Source: Octopus vulgaris
Lineage: Eukaryota
Reading direction: 5' to 3'
Length of the DNA stretch: 64,000 nt
Assembly (NCBI GenBank): GCA_951406725.2
Contig: OX597814.1
Span: 143,592,001 to 143,656,000, forward strand
A program made the translations under genes and the position numbers. Each line of letters opens with the position of its first letter. Position 1 is the first letter of the stretch. The notes beneath the pieces were generated by a model. That model searched no databases, had not been told where the DNA came from, and worked only from the letters and a program-made list of their open reading frames with translations. Positions 39,979 to 53,085 of this stretch are shown here, in pieces.

Positions 39979-40533
39979 GCCTTGATGAAGTAACAGGCAG
40001 TGGGTCTCACGGCTTCTGATCTGAACTGATTGGAATTGTTATCTTATATATTGTTTTATCTTGGTATAAAAGATGGGCTACAACAAATATTCGGCTCAAT
40101 ACCACAGATTTGCTTGTCAGTTGTTTGACCTTAACCAGTTGAGCATGTCCGTTATTTGCTGACGATATGTGCAACTTTGATCACGAGCAGAAGTAGTGGG
40201 GGAGCATCATAGCCATGTGTTGAGAGGAATTCTTGGGAGTTTGGATAATTCACCCTTGGAAAGATGGGTGTTTCATTTAACATCCTTAAACAACTCTTAT
40301 TCAGGGACCTTTTGAGCAGGATGAGTTATTCGACCTGAAGAAAATTCTAACTGGACTCGACCTGCAAGGTCATGTGCTATTTATCTTGATATGAGATTAC
40401 CATGTCGCGCTCATGTGGTTGTGATGCATGTTCCTGGCGTACCCGTATCAGACGGGTTGTCATGATGGATATACTGGGCTTCATATAATTTACCCCATTG
40501 TCACTTTGATGGAGTGCACTGATCTCTCACTCA
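39976..40533. mobile_element. ~560-bp interspersed repeat between (AAT)n and AAT/GAT tracts; probable non-LTR retrotransposon 3' end
   Basis: Sharp non-repetitive, higher-GC block with AAT repeats at both borders; no ORF. Confidence 0.5.
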
Positions 40534-40536
40534 ATA

Positions 40537-40619
<83 letters not shown>

Positions 40620-40835
40620 CCTTTCTACTATGGGCACAAGGGCCTGAAATTTTTGGGGAGGGGAAAGTTGATTCCATCGACTCCAGTGCCTCACTGATAC
40701 TTATTTCATCGATCCCAAAAGGATGAAAAGCAAAGTCGACTTCGGCGGAATTTGAACTCAGAGCCTAAAGGCGAACGAAATGCCACTAAGCATTTTGCCC
40801 GGCGTCGTGACGATTCTGCTAGCTCACCGCCTTAA
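40620..40835 (-). mobile_element. SINE family A
   Basis: Ends gctagctcaccgccttaa; full body homology. Confidence 0.85.
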
Positions 40836-40844
40836 CACTAATAC

Positions 40845-40907
<63 letters not shown>

Positions 40908-41556
40908 CGACGACGACGACGATGACGACGATAAAGCTATTATATTACAGTAAAAAGAACTGCGATTACTAAGAACTCAATACAGAATTTTCAGTAATAT
41001 AAATATTTATTGAAGCTGAAAATGTGCAGGATAATAATTTAATATTAAGAAATGATCAGATTATTTTGAGGAACTATCGATAAAGTAATGCATATAAAAT
41101 GTTAGTTAAGAGTTGCGGAGGAGTAAGGTGTAGCGTAACTGCGAGGGAGTTGAGTGAGAGTGGGAGAGAAAAATACAAAGAGGACAAAAAGCAAAAGTGG
41201 GAGGACGACTGTCAATGGTGCAGCAGATCGCTTCATCTAAAAGAGGAAATTTAGATTGTTAATAAAGAATCGATGATAGAAAAAAAAATTGGATAGAAGG
41301 TTGTCTCTGTATGATCAAAGCCATCACGTCGGTGAAATGTTTTTATTTGAAGAGACTACATTTTCAAAAAGGGAAATTACTCTCATTGACTATTTTCAGT
41401 TATTTAGTCTGATAAACGTTTCAAAATATTTGAGCGTTTTAAGGCATCTTCTGTGCGCACAAGAGCACACCAAACAGACATCGAAAAATAGCTTTCAATA
41501 ATTTTCAGAATGCACATTATGCACAATCGATTGGAATAGTTATAAGAAGGTAATGA

Positions 41557-41871
41557 TCTACCGCCCCACTTCGGTTATGAATGACCATGGGATTGCATCT
41601 AGAAAGTTACCCTCTGCGGTACAAGTCCGGGCAAGTAGTCCTTGCATACCAACCTCTCCTCTCCACGCCACCGATGTTATCCAAGGGAACGGCAAAGGCT
41701 GATACAACTGGGCACCAGTGATGCTGCAACTCATTTCTACAGCCGAGTGAGCTGGAGTCACTGGAAATAAAGTGTCTTGCTCAAGAACACTACAAACAGC
41801 CCGGTCCAGAAATCGAACTCACTACCTCATGATTGTGAGCCCGACGCTCTAACCATTGAGCCATGCGTCTT
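41557..41871 (-). mobile_element. SINE family C head with a distinct LINE-like 3' tail
   Basis: Minus-strand head gacgcatggctcaatggttagagcgtcg...gagttcgatttc; CORE-like ttcttgagcaagacacttt. Confidence 0.8.
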
Positions 41872-43635
41872 GACAAATAACAATAGTCTTTATTTGATGT
41901 AGATTTCCCCATTAACTTTAAGATGCGAGGCAAAATTGATGGCAAAATGGGTAAACATAATCCTTGCTAGGTAATTTGAATGACTTCGATTTTAAGTTGA
42001 TGCATGATGTAGAAGCAACGAAGTAAATAATCATTTTAGAAATATTTTTACAGTCAAGTGAACATTGATTCGGGTGGATGCACGTATTTGTAATAGTTGA
42101 GTTGAGTAAACAGTTTCGTGAGGTTGACTTATATGTGATTTTTTTTGTTTTGATAAATATGTATTTGCATACGCGTTTTGTCTAAATTATCTCCCTTTCT
42201 ATTTCTGTATATTCATACACACGAGTATATGCACTTTGAAGCACATACATATAGATGTGTATATATGTACGATATGTGTGTGTGTGTGTGTGCGCGCGCG
42301 CGCGCGCGCGTGTGTGTGTGCACACGTACGCGCGTATGTATGTGTGCATGTGCATGCCTGTATACACAAACACACACGCGAAATAAGGAAGTGGAGTTAA
42401 CCTCCTACCTGGACCTAAAAACATTCATACGTTTAATATTCTATCCTTTGAAGTCATTAGCAGTGATTCTCATACAGCTGCACTGGTTATTATCCAGTGG
42501 AATAACCATACCACGACCTTAAAAAGGCAGCATTCTCCTCACTAGAAAGAAGTTCCATTTCGGCAATTGCAGTTTACTTGCTGGGATGAAAACTAAGAAA
42601 AGTTATGTGTACTTGTAAAACCACTAATGTATGTCCACTCAATTAGTCATGCAATACAGAGACGATAAAATATGAAGCAAAAGTCAACTTTGCTAAATTA
42701 AATCGCAATAAACATTATATTGGTATGATGGAAGGTAGGCTTAAGCATCGTCATATTAACCCAGCATCATCCCTCAAGTTCAAAGAAAAGAGAAATGCAA
42801 TAACGTTCTGGAGTTAAATTGATTCTGACTTTGAGATTAAGTGTAACATTTTTGATAAAAGATTATACTATTATATTAATAGGAGTAAAGGCTCACCTTT
42901 TGAACTTGTAAAACTTTGAACTTCAGGTTTTGACAAAAGTATAATGTTATATAACATCAAAAGTCCGACATGTTATCTAAAGACAAAATCGAAATAAAGT
43001 TTATACGGAATTCTGTTACTTCCAGAAATACAAGTTAGATTTTGGAAACACCCAGTAATCCAGATTAAGCAGATCAATATCTACCTGTCATAAACATAAT
43101 TTTTTCCGTTGTTTAATCACTAATTTTCTTCACAATGTCCTACTACTCACAACATGCCATTTTCAGGAAACAAACTAAGGAAAATCTCCAAAAGCTTTCC
43201 AGGTAACTTTTACTGGAAGTAATTTCTCTGTTGAAAATTTGTCATTTTAATGGAAAACCCACCAGGCTGGCCTTGAAGTGCGTAACAAGAGAATAATTTT
43301 AGTTTATGTAAATTTATATCATTTTGGATACTTCATGGAATGTCATTGATGATAAATCGATATTGCAGGGAAAGTATATATACATCATCTTCCTTAATTT
43401 TTACCCATGTACATAGGTAAGTTTTCCACTTATCCCCTTTATCTTTTACCTGTTCCAGTCATTAGACTGTGGTCATGCTGGGGCACCACCTTGAAGAACT
43501 TTTAGCCGAATGTATCGACTCCAGTACTTATTTTTCTTAACTCTGGTATTTATTCTAAACGACTATCTCTTGCCGAACCGCTAAGTTACGGGGGCCTAAA
43601 TACATCAACACTTGTTATCAAGTTGTAGTGGGAGA

Positions 43636-43674
<39 letters not shown>

Positions 43675-43852
43675 ACGCATACACACGCACACACACATAC
43701 ACTTTATATATGTATGTATATGTATGTCCACTCAACTTGTCATACAATACAGAGACGATAAAATACCAAGCAAAAGTTAGCTCTGCTAAATCAAACCGCA
43801 CTAAACAGTATATCAAAGGTGCATGTGTATTTATCTATCTATCTATCTATAT

Positions 43853-44660
43853 ATTATATAAAAGGGCTTAGTAAAATAAATTACTTTGCCACATACTGAA
43901 CTCATTAGAAATAGCAGCCAAAAAAAACTTTTCTAAAACTATTTCTAATACTTAAAGAAAATCTCTCTCATATATAGTGTTTGCTCAATTCAACTCACGA
44001 AAGTATGGGGGTAAAGACATTAAAAAATCAAATGCAAAGGTTATTTGAGAACGTACGTTTCTAGTAATTAATTTTACCCTCAATTGTTGAAATTATAATT
44101 CATCTCTCTCTATTTAATACTTCGGATTTTTTACCGATAAAACATAGTGTTTGCTGATTTTAACCCACGCTGGTGGAAAGGGGAGAGCAGAAATTCTTCG
44201 CTTGCACATTTCGAATTTGCTGACACTGATAGTTCGAACAGATCTTCAGAAGCGATAAGAAGCTGAAAGGGTATGCTCCCACTTTCAGTGTTTCCAAATC
44301 CGAACCAAGGAGTTCTGAGCTGACGAAAGAAGTGTCGTTTTGACTAATCTAGAAACGTACGTTCTCAAATAACCTTTGCATTTGATTTTTTAATGTCTTT
44401 ACCCCCATACTTTCGTGAGTTGAATTGAGCAAACACTATATATGAGAGAGATTTTCTTTAAGTATTAGAAATAGTTTTAGAAAAGTTTTTTTTGGCTGCT
44501 ATTTCTAATGAGTTCAGTATGTGGCAAAGTAATTTATTTTACTAAGCCCTTTTATATAATGTAATAATTTGAATTCGCCCTAAATGGTCCCTTTGCATAC
44601 TGAACACTTGGTGAAATTGATTAATAATTAATTAATTTTACCCTCAATTGTTGAAATTAT
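43853..44660 (+). mobile_element. Young PLE-like/retrozyme-like element with 212-bp inverted repeat and 32-bp direct terminal redundancy
   Basis: 43853-44064 equals the reverse complement of 44349-44560 (no mismatch seen); 44065-44096 equals 44629-44660; hammerhead at 44316. Confidence 0.85.
44316..44367 (+). ncRNA. Type I hammerhead motif with palindromic stem III loop
   Basis: tgag CTGACGA a aga..gtcg/tgac..tct a GAAAC gtac GTT ctca. Confidence 0.7.
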
Positions 44661-45431
44661 CTATCTATATATATTTGTGTGTGTGTGTATGTGTGTGTGT
44701 GTGAGAGAGAGAGAGAGAAATAGAGAGTGTGTGTATACATACATGACTGGCTTTTAGTTTCGTCTACCAAATCCACTCAGTCCGAGGCTATAGCAGAAGA
44801 CAGTTACCCAAAGTGCCACGCAGTGATAGTGAACCCGGAAGTATGATGTTGGGAAGCAAGCTTTTTAGCTCACAGCCACGCTTGCGAATATAGTACTATG
44901 TTAATTTTATAAATTCACAAATTATCGTTCTCATGCAAGAACCGTGTCTACTTCATTAAGCCCTTTGCTTTCATCTACTAACTGAAGCCAATATGTTGGT
45001 ATAGTTTTTATAAACACGTTTTTGGTAAAACACTTAAATGTGTCCATGGAAATAGTATAGAAGGTCTTCATATGTACCTTGAATTGGTTTCCACATGATA
45101 TATATGTGTGTGCTAGTATAATAAAAAAGATTTTCATTTCTCGAGATTGAATAGACAATTTGTAATCAAGGAAAAACAAAATATATATATATATATAACC
45201 AGTTTGTCAAATACATTTTCGGGAGTACTATGGCTTTTTGAGACTTTTTGAAGGTTGGTTTTACTTTTAAAGTCGAGTTTTTATAATGTCTCATCTTAGA
45301 AAGAGGCACTAGCCACCTGACCTGGTTGCGTTGAAAGGGATGAGCGGGTCCTATCACGCGCGCACACACACACACTCACACGCACACAAACACACACATA
45401 CATACGCATATATATATGTGTATATGTGTGC

Positions 45432-45495
<64 letters not shown>

Positions 45496-45567
45496 TAGTG
45501 CTAACTCGCTATCTTTAAGATACCATGATTTACATACATACATACATACATGCATACGTACATACAT

Positions 45568-45648
<81 letters not shown>

Positions 45649-46529
45649 CACGCAATACATTCCGATGTATTCTTAATATGGATAGTTTTCGTTACTAAAC
45701 CCAATATCATCGTTAATACTGTTATCCAATCTATGCTTATGTGTAGAGGAAAATTTACCCCATCTTATTCACATTATTGTCACCCTTTTGATGCAAGCAG
45801 AACGAAAGACGTATATTGTTTGTCTATATATAGCATGAAGTTAATTATGATCTATTGTTACATACAAAGTTAAATTAAAGCAAGCCGATACTTAGATATT
45901 TAATAAAAATGTAATGTTAGTATTATGCTGAAAAAAAAATGCTAAAAGAATATATACCGTCGTTAAAGCAATGAAATAATAATTCTTAGGAGAACGACGG
46001 CAAAGCATGCAACAGTTGAAAATGTAAAATAGAAATCTGGTAGCTATGAGATAAAATATTGCAAAGCAGTGGTTAGCAAAACGTGCATTTAATATTGAAA
46101 AACAATGTTAAATAAATGAAGAGTATTAAGTGAAAAAAAATAATGAAACATAAGCTGTAACAATAAGAACGAATACCCCTACAGAAACGGTTTCAATACT
46201 AAATCAGACTTAAGAGAAAGCATTAGTATTAATGAAACAGAACAAAAGCGCACATACTATTAATAATGAGTGTATAAGAAAACAGCAATGAATAGTTTTG
46301 AATAGCCTATGCACACACAAATAGCAAACAAAGTTGCGGAGATATTCGAAAAAGCAATCTTCACGAAGTAAACATTCAAATGAGAAGTCACTTGTGATCG
46401 TAGATGGGCACATGAACTGTAGGTCGGGGATAGTATAAAAGAAGTTACTGTATATCATTGCATATGCGTAACCGGATGTCTACAATAAACATGTATTTAC
46501 TGAAATGATATCTAAGATAATATACATAC

Positions 46530-46629
<100 letters not shown>

Positions 46630-46805
46630 TATATATATCTATAGAAATATATATACCTACATATGTATGTATGTATGTATGTATACATGCATATATATAG
46701 ATATATATAACTATAAACATATATATGCTTACATATGTTTGTATGTATATATATATACATACACATAAATTTCTAAATGAACAATTTCTTAACCATCCTC
46801 GCACC

Positions 46806-46853
46806 GTCTTCGATGAAGGGATATAATAAATATCCTGGAAACTGCCGTAAGAC
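46806..46853 (+). ncRNA. Decayed type I hammerhead motif
   Basis: gtct TCGATGA a gggatat aataa atatcct g GAAAC tgcc GTA agac. Confidence 0.55.
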
Positions 46854-47055
46854 CTTCTCTCTATGAATGTTCTAAAATCTACACAGCCTCGTTTTTTTTT
46901 ATCTTATTACGAAATAAAATGTATACATACATACATATATAAGTATATGTGTATATATATGCATATCTATATATATAAATATGTTTATATTTATGTATAT
47001 ATGTGCATATATATGAACATGTATATACATACATACACACACATATGTATGTATG

Positions 47056-47102
<47 letters not shown>

Positions 47103-47616
47103 CTGGATATAAATGCACATATATGTATATTTATAAAAGCAAACACACACATATATATAAACACATTCACACGAACAAATGCATGCAAAAACAAACACAC
47201 ACATATATGGATACATATGAATAACTGAAGCATGAATACATATAAAACTGATACATGTAAAAGGAAACCATTTTCTTGTAAGGCTTCGTCTCTGGTCACA
47301 GATATGTAGCTTCCTTTGGATGCATGAATGCATTCCAGTGCCTCATACTCACATGAAAAGAATAGATGTGTCAGTATGACTAACATTTGTACAATTGTTT
47401 CAGTGTCTATGACTATTCATGTGTAAAATGTTTGCTGTTGTCTAATCTAAATACGAATGCATCGAGCATGTAAATAAGCCTAATTCATAAACATGTACGT
47501 TTGAATCTATACTAATATCGATATAAATGCATATACATAATCTATATGCGTGCATACATGCATATATATATGCAATACATATTTATATAATGTGTATTGT
47601 CTGTGGTGTGCGTATG

Positions 47617-47654
<38 letters not shown>

Positions 47655-47985
47655 TATACACACAAATAAATTAATACATGTATATGTATATATGTATAAA
47701 TACCTACCTACGTAGATACATACTTACATACATGCATATATATACACATACATATATATATATACATATACATATATATATGTATATATATATATACATA
47801 TATGCATATATATATAAGTATATGCATACATATATACTATATATACGTATATATATGCATAAATATGTATATATATGCATATAGGTACATACATATACAT
47901 ACATATATATATATATACATATATATATATTTATAAATATATATATGCATATATATACATATATATATATATACATATATATATG

Positions 47986-48019
<34 letters not shown>

Positions 48020-48678
48020 CTATGTATACGTATATATATATATACATATATATGTATATATATATGTATATAATGTATGTATGTATGTATGTATGTATGT
48101 ATGCATGCTTGAGGAAAGAATAATCACAAATCCTTTCCACACGCAAATATACAAGCTGGCATGAAATAAATCTGGCATTTGTGAAAGCAAAGGAGAAAAA
48201 AAAAATTCAGACATTCTAATTATATATCTCCTATCATACCTATACTTCAAAAGGTTTTCATTTTTTAAAGCTCTTTGATCAGTTTCTTTCCACTTTAGTA
48301 TAACAATTTGCTTCTATCTTTACCCCTTCCGTTCACTATTTTTATAAATACACTTCGCTGCTTCTCCAATTTTCTTTCTTTTACACATTGTTTATGTGTC
48401 TGACTGTTTGTCTGTACGTGAGGATATGTGTGTGGGTGTGTGGGTGTGTTTACGGGTATGTGTGTGTGTATATATGTGTGTGCGTATGTGCGCGTGCATG
48501 TAAGCTTGTCTGCGTGTGTGTTTTGTGAGTGTATCATAATCTCTCACTGTTTCTTCTCTCACATACGTCTGTGTGTGTTTGTGTGTTTGTGCACATATTT
48601 ATGCCTACACATGTACACATATACCCACCCTCACACATATATTCATGCATGTATGTATGTGTGTGTGTATGTATGTAC

Positions 48679-48717
<39 letters not shown>

Positions 48718-48806
48718 TATATATGTATTTATATATGCGCATATATATATAAATATATATTGCCTTCTACCACAGGCAATACACAGACAACACACACATA
48801 CACACT

Positions 48807-48886
<80 letters not shown>

Positions 48887-48950
48887 TAGTTACATACATA
48901 CATATATACATACATTCTCTTCATTTTTTTAATTGTTTGTTCGTTGAATT

Positions 48951-48997
<47 letters not shown>

Positions 48998-49139
48998 TAT
49001 ATGGGATCCGAACGGGTCTCCATAGAGGAAGTTAGTAAGCATCAACCATTTACACGGCTTGCATAAATGACCAAAAGTGGATACTACACGAACAACAAAG
49101 TTTATTAACCGGTGTGGATCCCATAGTGAAGCAGCTCAG

Positions 49140-49440
49140 TGAAGGCCCGAGGCCTGATAGTTCGGTGTGTTGCACTCAAACTCGTGTGATCGCGGTTTAC
49201 ATTCCCAAACCGGCTGCGCGTTCTGTCCTTGAGCAAAACGTTTCATTTCACATTACTCCACTGAAATCAGCTGTAAACGGGTAACTCTTCAAAGGACTAG
49301 CCTTCCGAACAGGGTTGATGTGGGCCTGCTCGCCTAGCGAGCGGGGTGGCATCATCCGAAATCCGAAACGATGCAAATCGCATTGTGACTAGAGATGTAT
49401 AACAACATCCGGTAGCCTGATCGATCACATGATCGTGTGA
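49140..49440 (+). mobile_element. SINE family C variant
   Basis: tRNA-like head, then gtccttgagcaaaacgtttcatttcac. Confidence 0.65.
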
Positions 49441-49502
49441 TTATATAGTATACATACATAAATACATACATATATACATACATGCGTGTGTGATACACAA
49501 AC

Positions 49503-49715
49503 AACGTGGTGCCGAAAAGTTCCTGGCTTTGCGTAAAAGGAAATAAAGGAGGATCGGTTAATAATGTTTTTATTCAACGTATTCCTCTCTCAGATTCACA
49601 CACCTCTTTCTCGGTCCTTCAGTTTTGCTAAGCTCTGTAAAAGAACTCGGAAGGTTAGGCCTCCAGCCAGGCCTTTCACGACATCCTTAAAGCCAGGAAA
49701 TTTTGGGCACCTCAT
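49503..49715 (-). mobile_element. Mariner-derived MITE
   Basis: Reverse-complement homolog of 30771-30992; TIRs ggtgccgaaaagttcctggcttt / aaagccaggaaattttgggcacc. Confidence 0.75.
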
Positions 49716-50048
49716 TCATACATACATACATATATTTATATATACATATATATATATATTCTCTCTACACTATACCATACGACTTTACACATCACGTCAT
49801 ATATACATACACACGTCCAGACCTCTCATACGCACTAATACTCTCTCATACACACACACACACTCTTCTCATACACACACACTCTTATGTTGGAGCGAGG
49901 TCATTTAACCCTATTATCTCCCCTAATTTCGCTCTTGCGTCTCACGTTTGATCTTTGACTTCTGGCCGAAATCAGATCGCCATGTTGATTCGCTAGCCTC
50001 TGCACGCATTTTTTCTCTCCTTCTTTCTGTGTTTTTTTTCTCTGTGTA

Positions 50049-50086
50049 TCTTTCTGTTGAAGAGCGTAGGCTCGAAACGTTAAAGA
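50049..50086 (+). ncRNA. Minimal hammerhead motif (CUGUUGA variant) in a PLE-like end, ~49850-50215
   Basis: tcttt CTGTTGA a gagc gtag gctc GAAACGT T aaaga. Confidence 0.6.
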
Positions 50087-50214
50087 CTCGTTTTATTTAT
50101 ATTTCCTGAGCGCCATACTAATACAATTGTTTGTTTGTATTCCACCTACCTTCGTCTTTTGTTTATTTCCGTAAACCTGCCTTCGTCTTTTGTCTATTTT
50201 CATAAAGCTTCCCG

Positions 50215-50358
<144 letters not shown>

Positions 50359-50367
50359 GTGTATATA

Positions 50368-50970
50368 TATATAATGTAAATTAGAGAAAAACCACTATAA
50401 TGTAATTCAAGCAATGATAGACATAAACCATATCATATAGAAAAATAAAATATACTATAAAACATATAACTATATCACAAAAGGTACAAAAAATGAATAA
50501 ACAATATATAATAAGTAAAAAGACAACGTACGTTTCATGGCTATAACTTCAATTCGAATTACAATTAAATTCAATTTAAAAGTATAGTCACTCCTCAGGT
50601 CAACAATAATAACAATAATAGTTAAATAAATAATCAAATAGAATTAAACAATATTTCTTAAAGAAATGAAAACAGAATTCTTCTAATAGAAGAAACTCCG
50701 TTAACTAAATTTGAAACTTAAAAAGTAGGACCAGGTGTCTATCATACATTTATCATGTTAAAAACCTAAGGTAAAAAAATAGAGTAAATAGTTAGAAAAA
50801 TGTATTTTATCTGTTTTATATATGTTTTATAATATCTTTTATTCTATATGATATAGTTTATGTCTATCATTGCTTAAATTACATAATAGTGATTTTTGTC
50901 TAATTTATATATATTTATATTGTGAAATTTGTTTTAATACTAAATTGAATTTTTCCCTGTAAGTTTGGAG
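50368..50970 (-). mobile_element. Fold-back PLE-like end with ~100-bp inverted arms
   Basis: 50370-50470 is the imperfect reverse complement of 50812-50915; contains a hammerhead. Confidence 0.7.
50522..50601 (-). ncRNA. Type I hammerhead motif with long stem II
   Basis: Minus strand: gac CTGAGGA gtgactata...tatagccat GAAAC gtac GTT gtc. Confidence 0.7.
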
Positions 50971-51011
50971 TTACACTTCCTATTATTATTATTATTATAT
51001 ATATACATATG

Positions 51012-51092
<81 letters not shown>

Positions 51093-52884
51093 TTTAATAG
51101 AAAAGACCGGCAGTTGCCTATAGATGCCTGTGAATTTTCTCAACGCTACCGATTTTAACAAAAGTAAAAGCCATCGTCCTGAGCCGATATAGCTTGTCGC
51201 CAATGTTATCGAAGATGTTGCTCTCAAATAGCAAAGAGTCGGAAAATATACCAAAAGAAATTTCGTTCGACTTTTTAATAGTTCTGCTAATCAACAACCC
51301 GGATATGAGCATTTTTTTTATTGATACCGAAACGATGGAAAGCGAAGCTGATACTGTTTGTGGTTTGAACTCAGAACTTTGAGATTCCTCACAAATACCA
51401 TGGGGTGACTCTGTCCAACGCCCCTATGACTCTTCCAATTCACCGCCTTTTTAAGCTTAATTTTTGTAAATACTGAGATACAAGTTGACAAAAAATTGAA
51501 GGCAAGCACTCGCGAGTGAATGTTTTCATTGGTAAATAAAGTCATAACCTCTGACAACGTTTAGTAAATTAAATAAATTAATGTTAAGATACTCAATGTA
51601 ACGAACAGAAAAAAACTCTAATTAGAAATAATTATACTACGAAGAGAATAGAAGATTATCTCGATGACCTATTTGAATTATTTCTGCCAAGAATTGTAGG
51701 GAACTCCTAAGATGCATCGGGCTTTTTAATCTTCATCGGTGAACTAAACTTTTTTTTATGGTCACTCCCATAGATCTGTTAGTACAAGCTTAATTTTTAT
51801 CGTTTTTTTGTGTATAGCGTGTCAGAGTTATATAGTGTTTAAATACCTAGAAAGACAAACCCATTCAATCTGCGAAAAATAACATTGAAAGTACAATACA
51901 CTATCTTAGGAAAAGAATAGTAACTCTGGTAATATAGACACTGTGTACGAACAAAAGATTGATGGTTACCATTGGAGCGTTGTTCGGTAAGTATTGACAT
52001 GAGTTAGCAATAACAACAGTAGCAGCAATTCAACAACAACAACACACACACACACATATACACATACACCCAAACACAAACGCGCGAGCGAACACACGCA
52101 CACACACAAATAATACACACATACATAATCAGACGCACAAGAACGGTGCCACAAATTTGACGTTATATTTTGCAAACATATACCTACGCACATACTGAAA
52201 TCCTAAGTGAAGAGGTGGCAAGATAAGAACTGTAATGCTTTTAGGAAGAAAAAGGAAAAGGAAAACGTGTGGTTATCCACATACAAACAAGCATAATAAC
52301 AAAGATAGATATACTTTGCAGTGATTGAAGTCTATTATTTATGGTGTATTGGAGCGTATATAGTGCAAAAAAGAAAACTTACATTAATAAGTACCATTGT
52401 AGTCCATATATAAATATTTTTTTCTACTCTAGGCACAATGCCCGATTTTTATAAATAAATATCATTGGACACTATAACATTTTATTTAAGAGAGAGTGCA
52501 TATAATTTTAATTAAACTTGTCCAATTAGAAGATGATATGTCCATCACCTTAGCATGGCTTCCGAAACTAGTAGAGTGCGGAAGAAAAGATTAATGCACG
52601 AATCATACCTTTTCTGCAGTAGAAACCAGAGGTACTCAGGACTGAATTACTTTCACAGTGGAGACATGATCTGAGTGCTTATAAATGAGTTGACTACATT
52701 GATGCATCTAAAAGAAACGACCGTTCAGTAATCTGGATATTAGAACCATACAGTAGATCGAAGCACTTAATTACACACCATACCGACATATATTTTCTAT
52801 TTCTCTAAACATTTTCGTCTCGCTAACATGCACAGAAGTACGTTTCTAACAACAGGACTATGTCTGAGCCTATACGTATATATT

Positions 52885-53085
52885 ATTTTCAAATTTTGAC
52901 ACAAGGCCAGCAATTTTGGGGAAGGTGAAAGTTGATTACATCATCTCCAGTACTCAACTGGTACTTATTTTATCGAGCCCAAAAGAATGAAAGGCAAAGT
53001 CAAACTCGGCGGAATTTCAACTCAGACCGTAAAGAGGGACGAAATGCCGCTGAGAATTTTGCCCGGCTAACGATTCTACCATCGT
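52885..53085 (-). mobile_element. SINE family A
   Basis: Homology to the other copies. Confidence 0.8.

Larger units (their letters stand above)
43432..44885 (-). mobile_element. SINE family B interrupted by a fold-back element
   Basis: 3' half 43432-43640 and 5' half 44745-44885 are colinear on the minus strand. Confidence 0.75.

Noticed and set aside
42440-43203. Possible exons: minus 42897-42976 with gtgag donor, Cys-rich minus segment near 42440-42594, plus-strand 36-nt microexon near 43167-43202
   Set aside because: Stops in all frames or too short; no recognisable domain; splice-like motifs occur by chance.
46172-46240. Hairpin aatactaa/ttagtatt next to GAAACCGTT on the minus strand
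   Set aside because: No CUGANGA core at the required position.
52530-52740. gaaactagta and gaaacgaccgtt motifs
   Set aside because: No convincing CUGANGA or stems.
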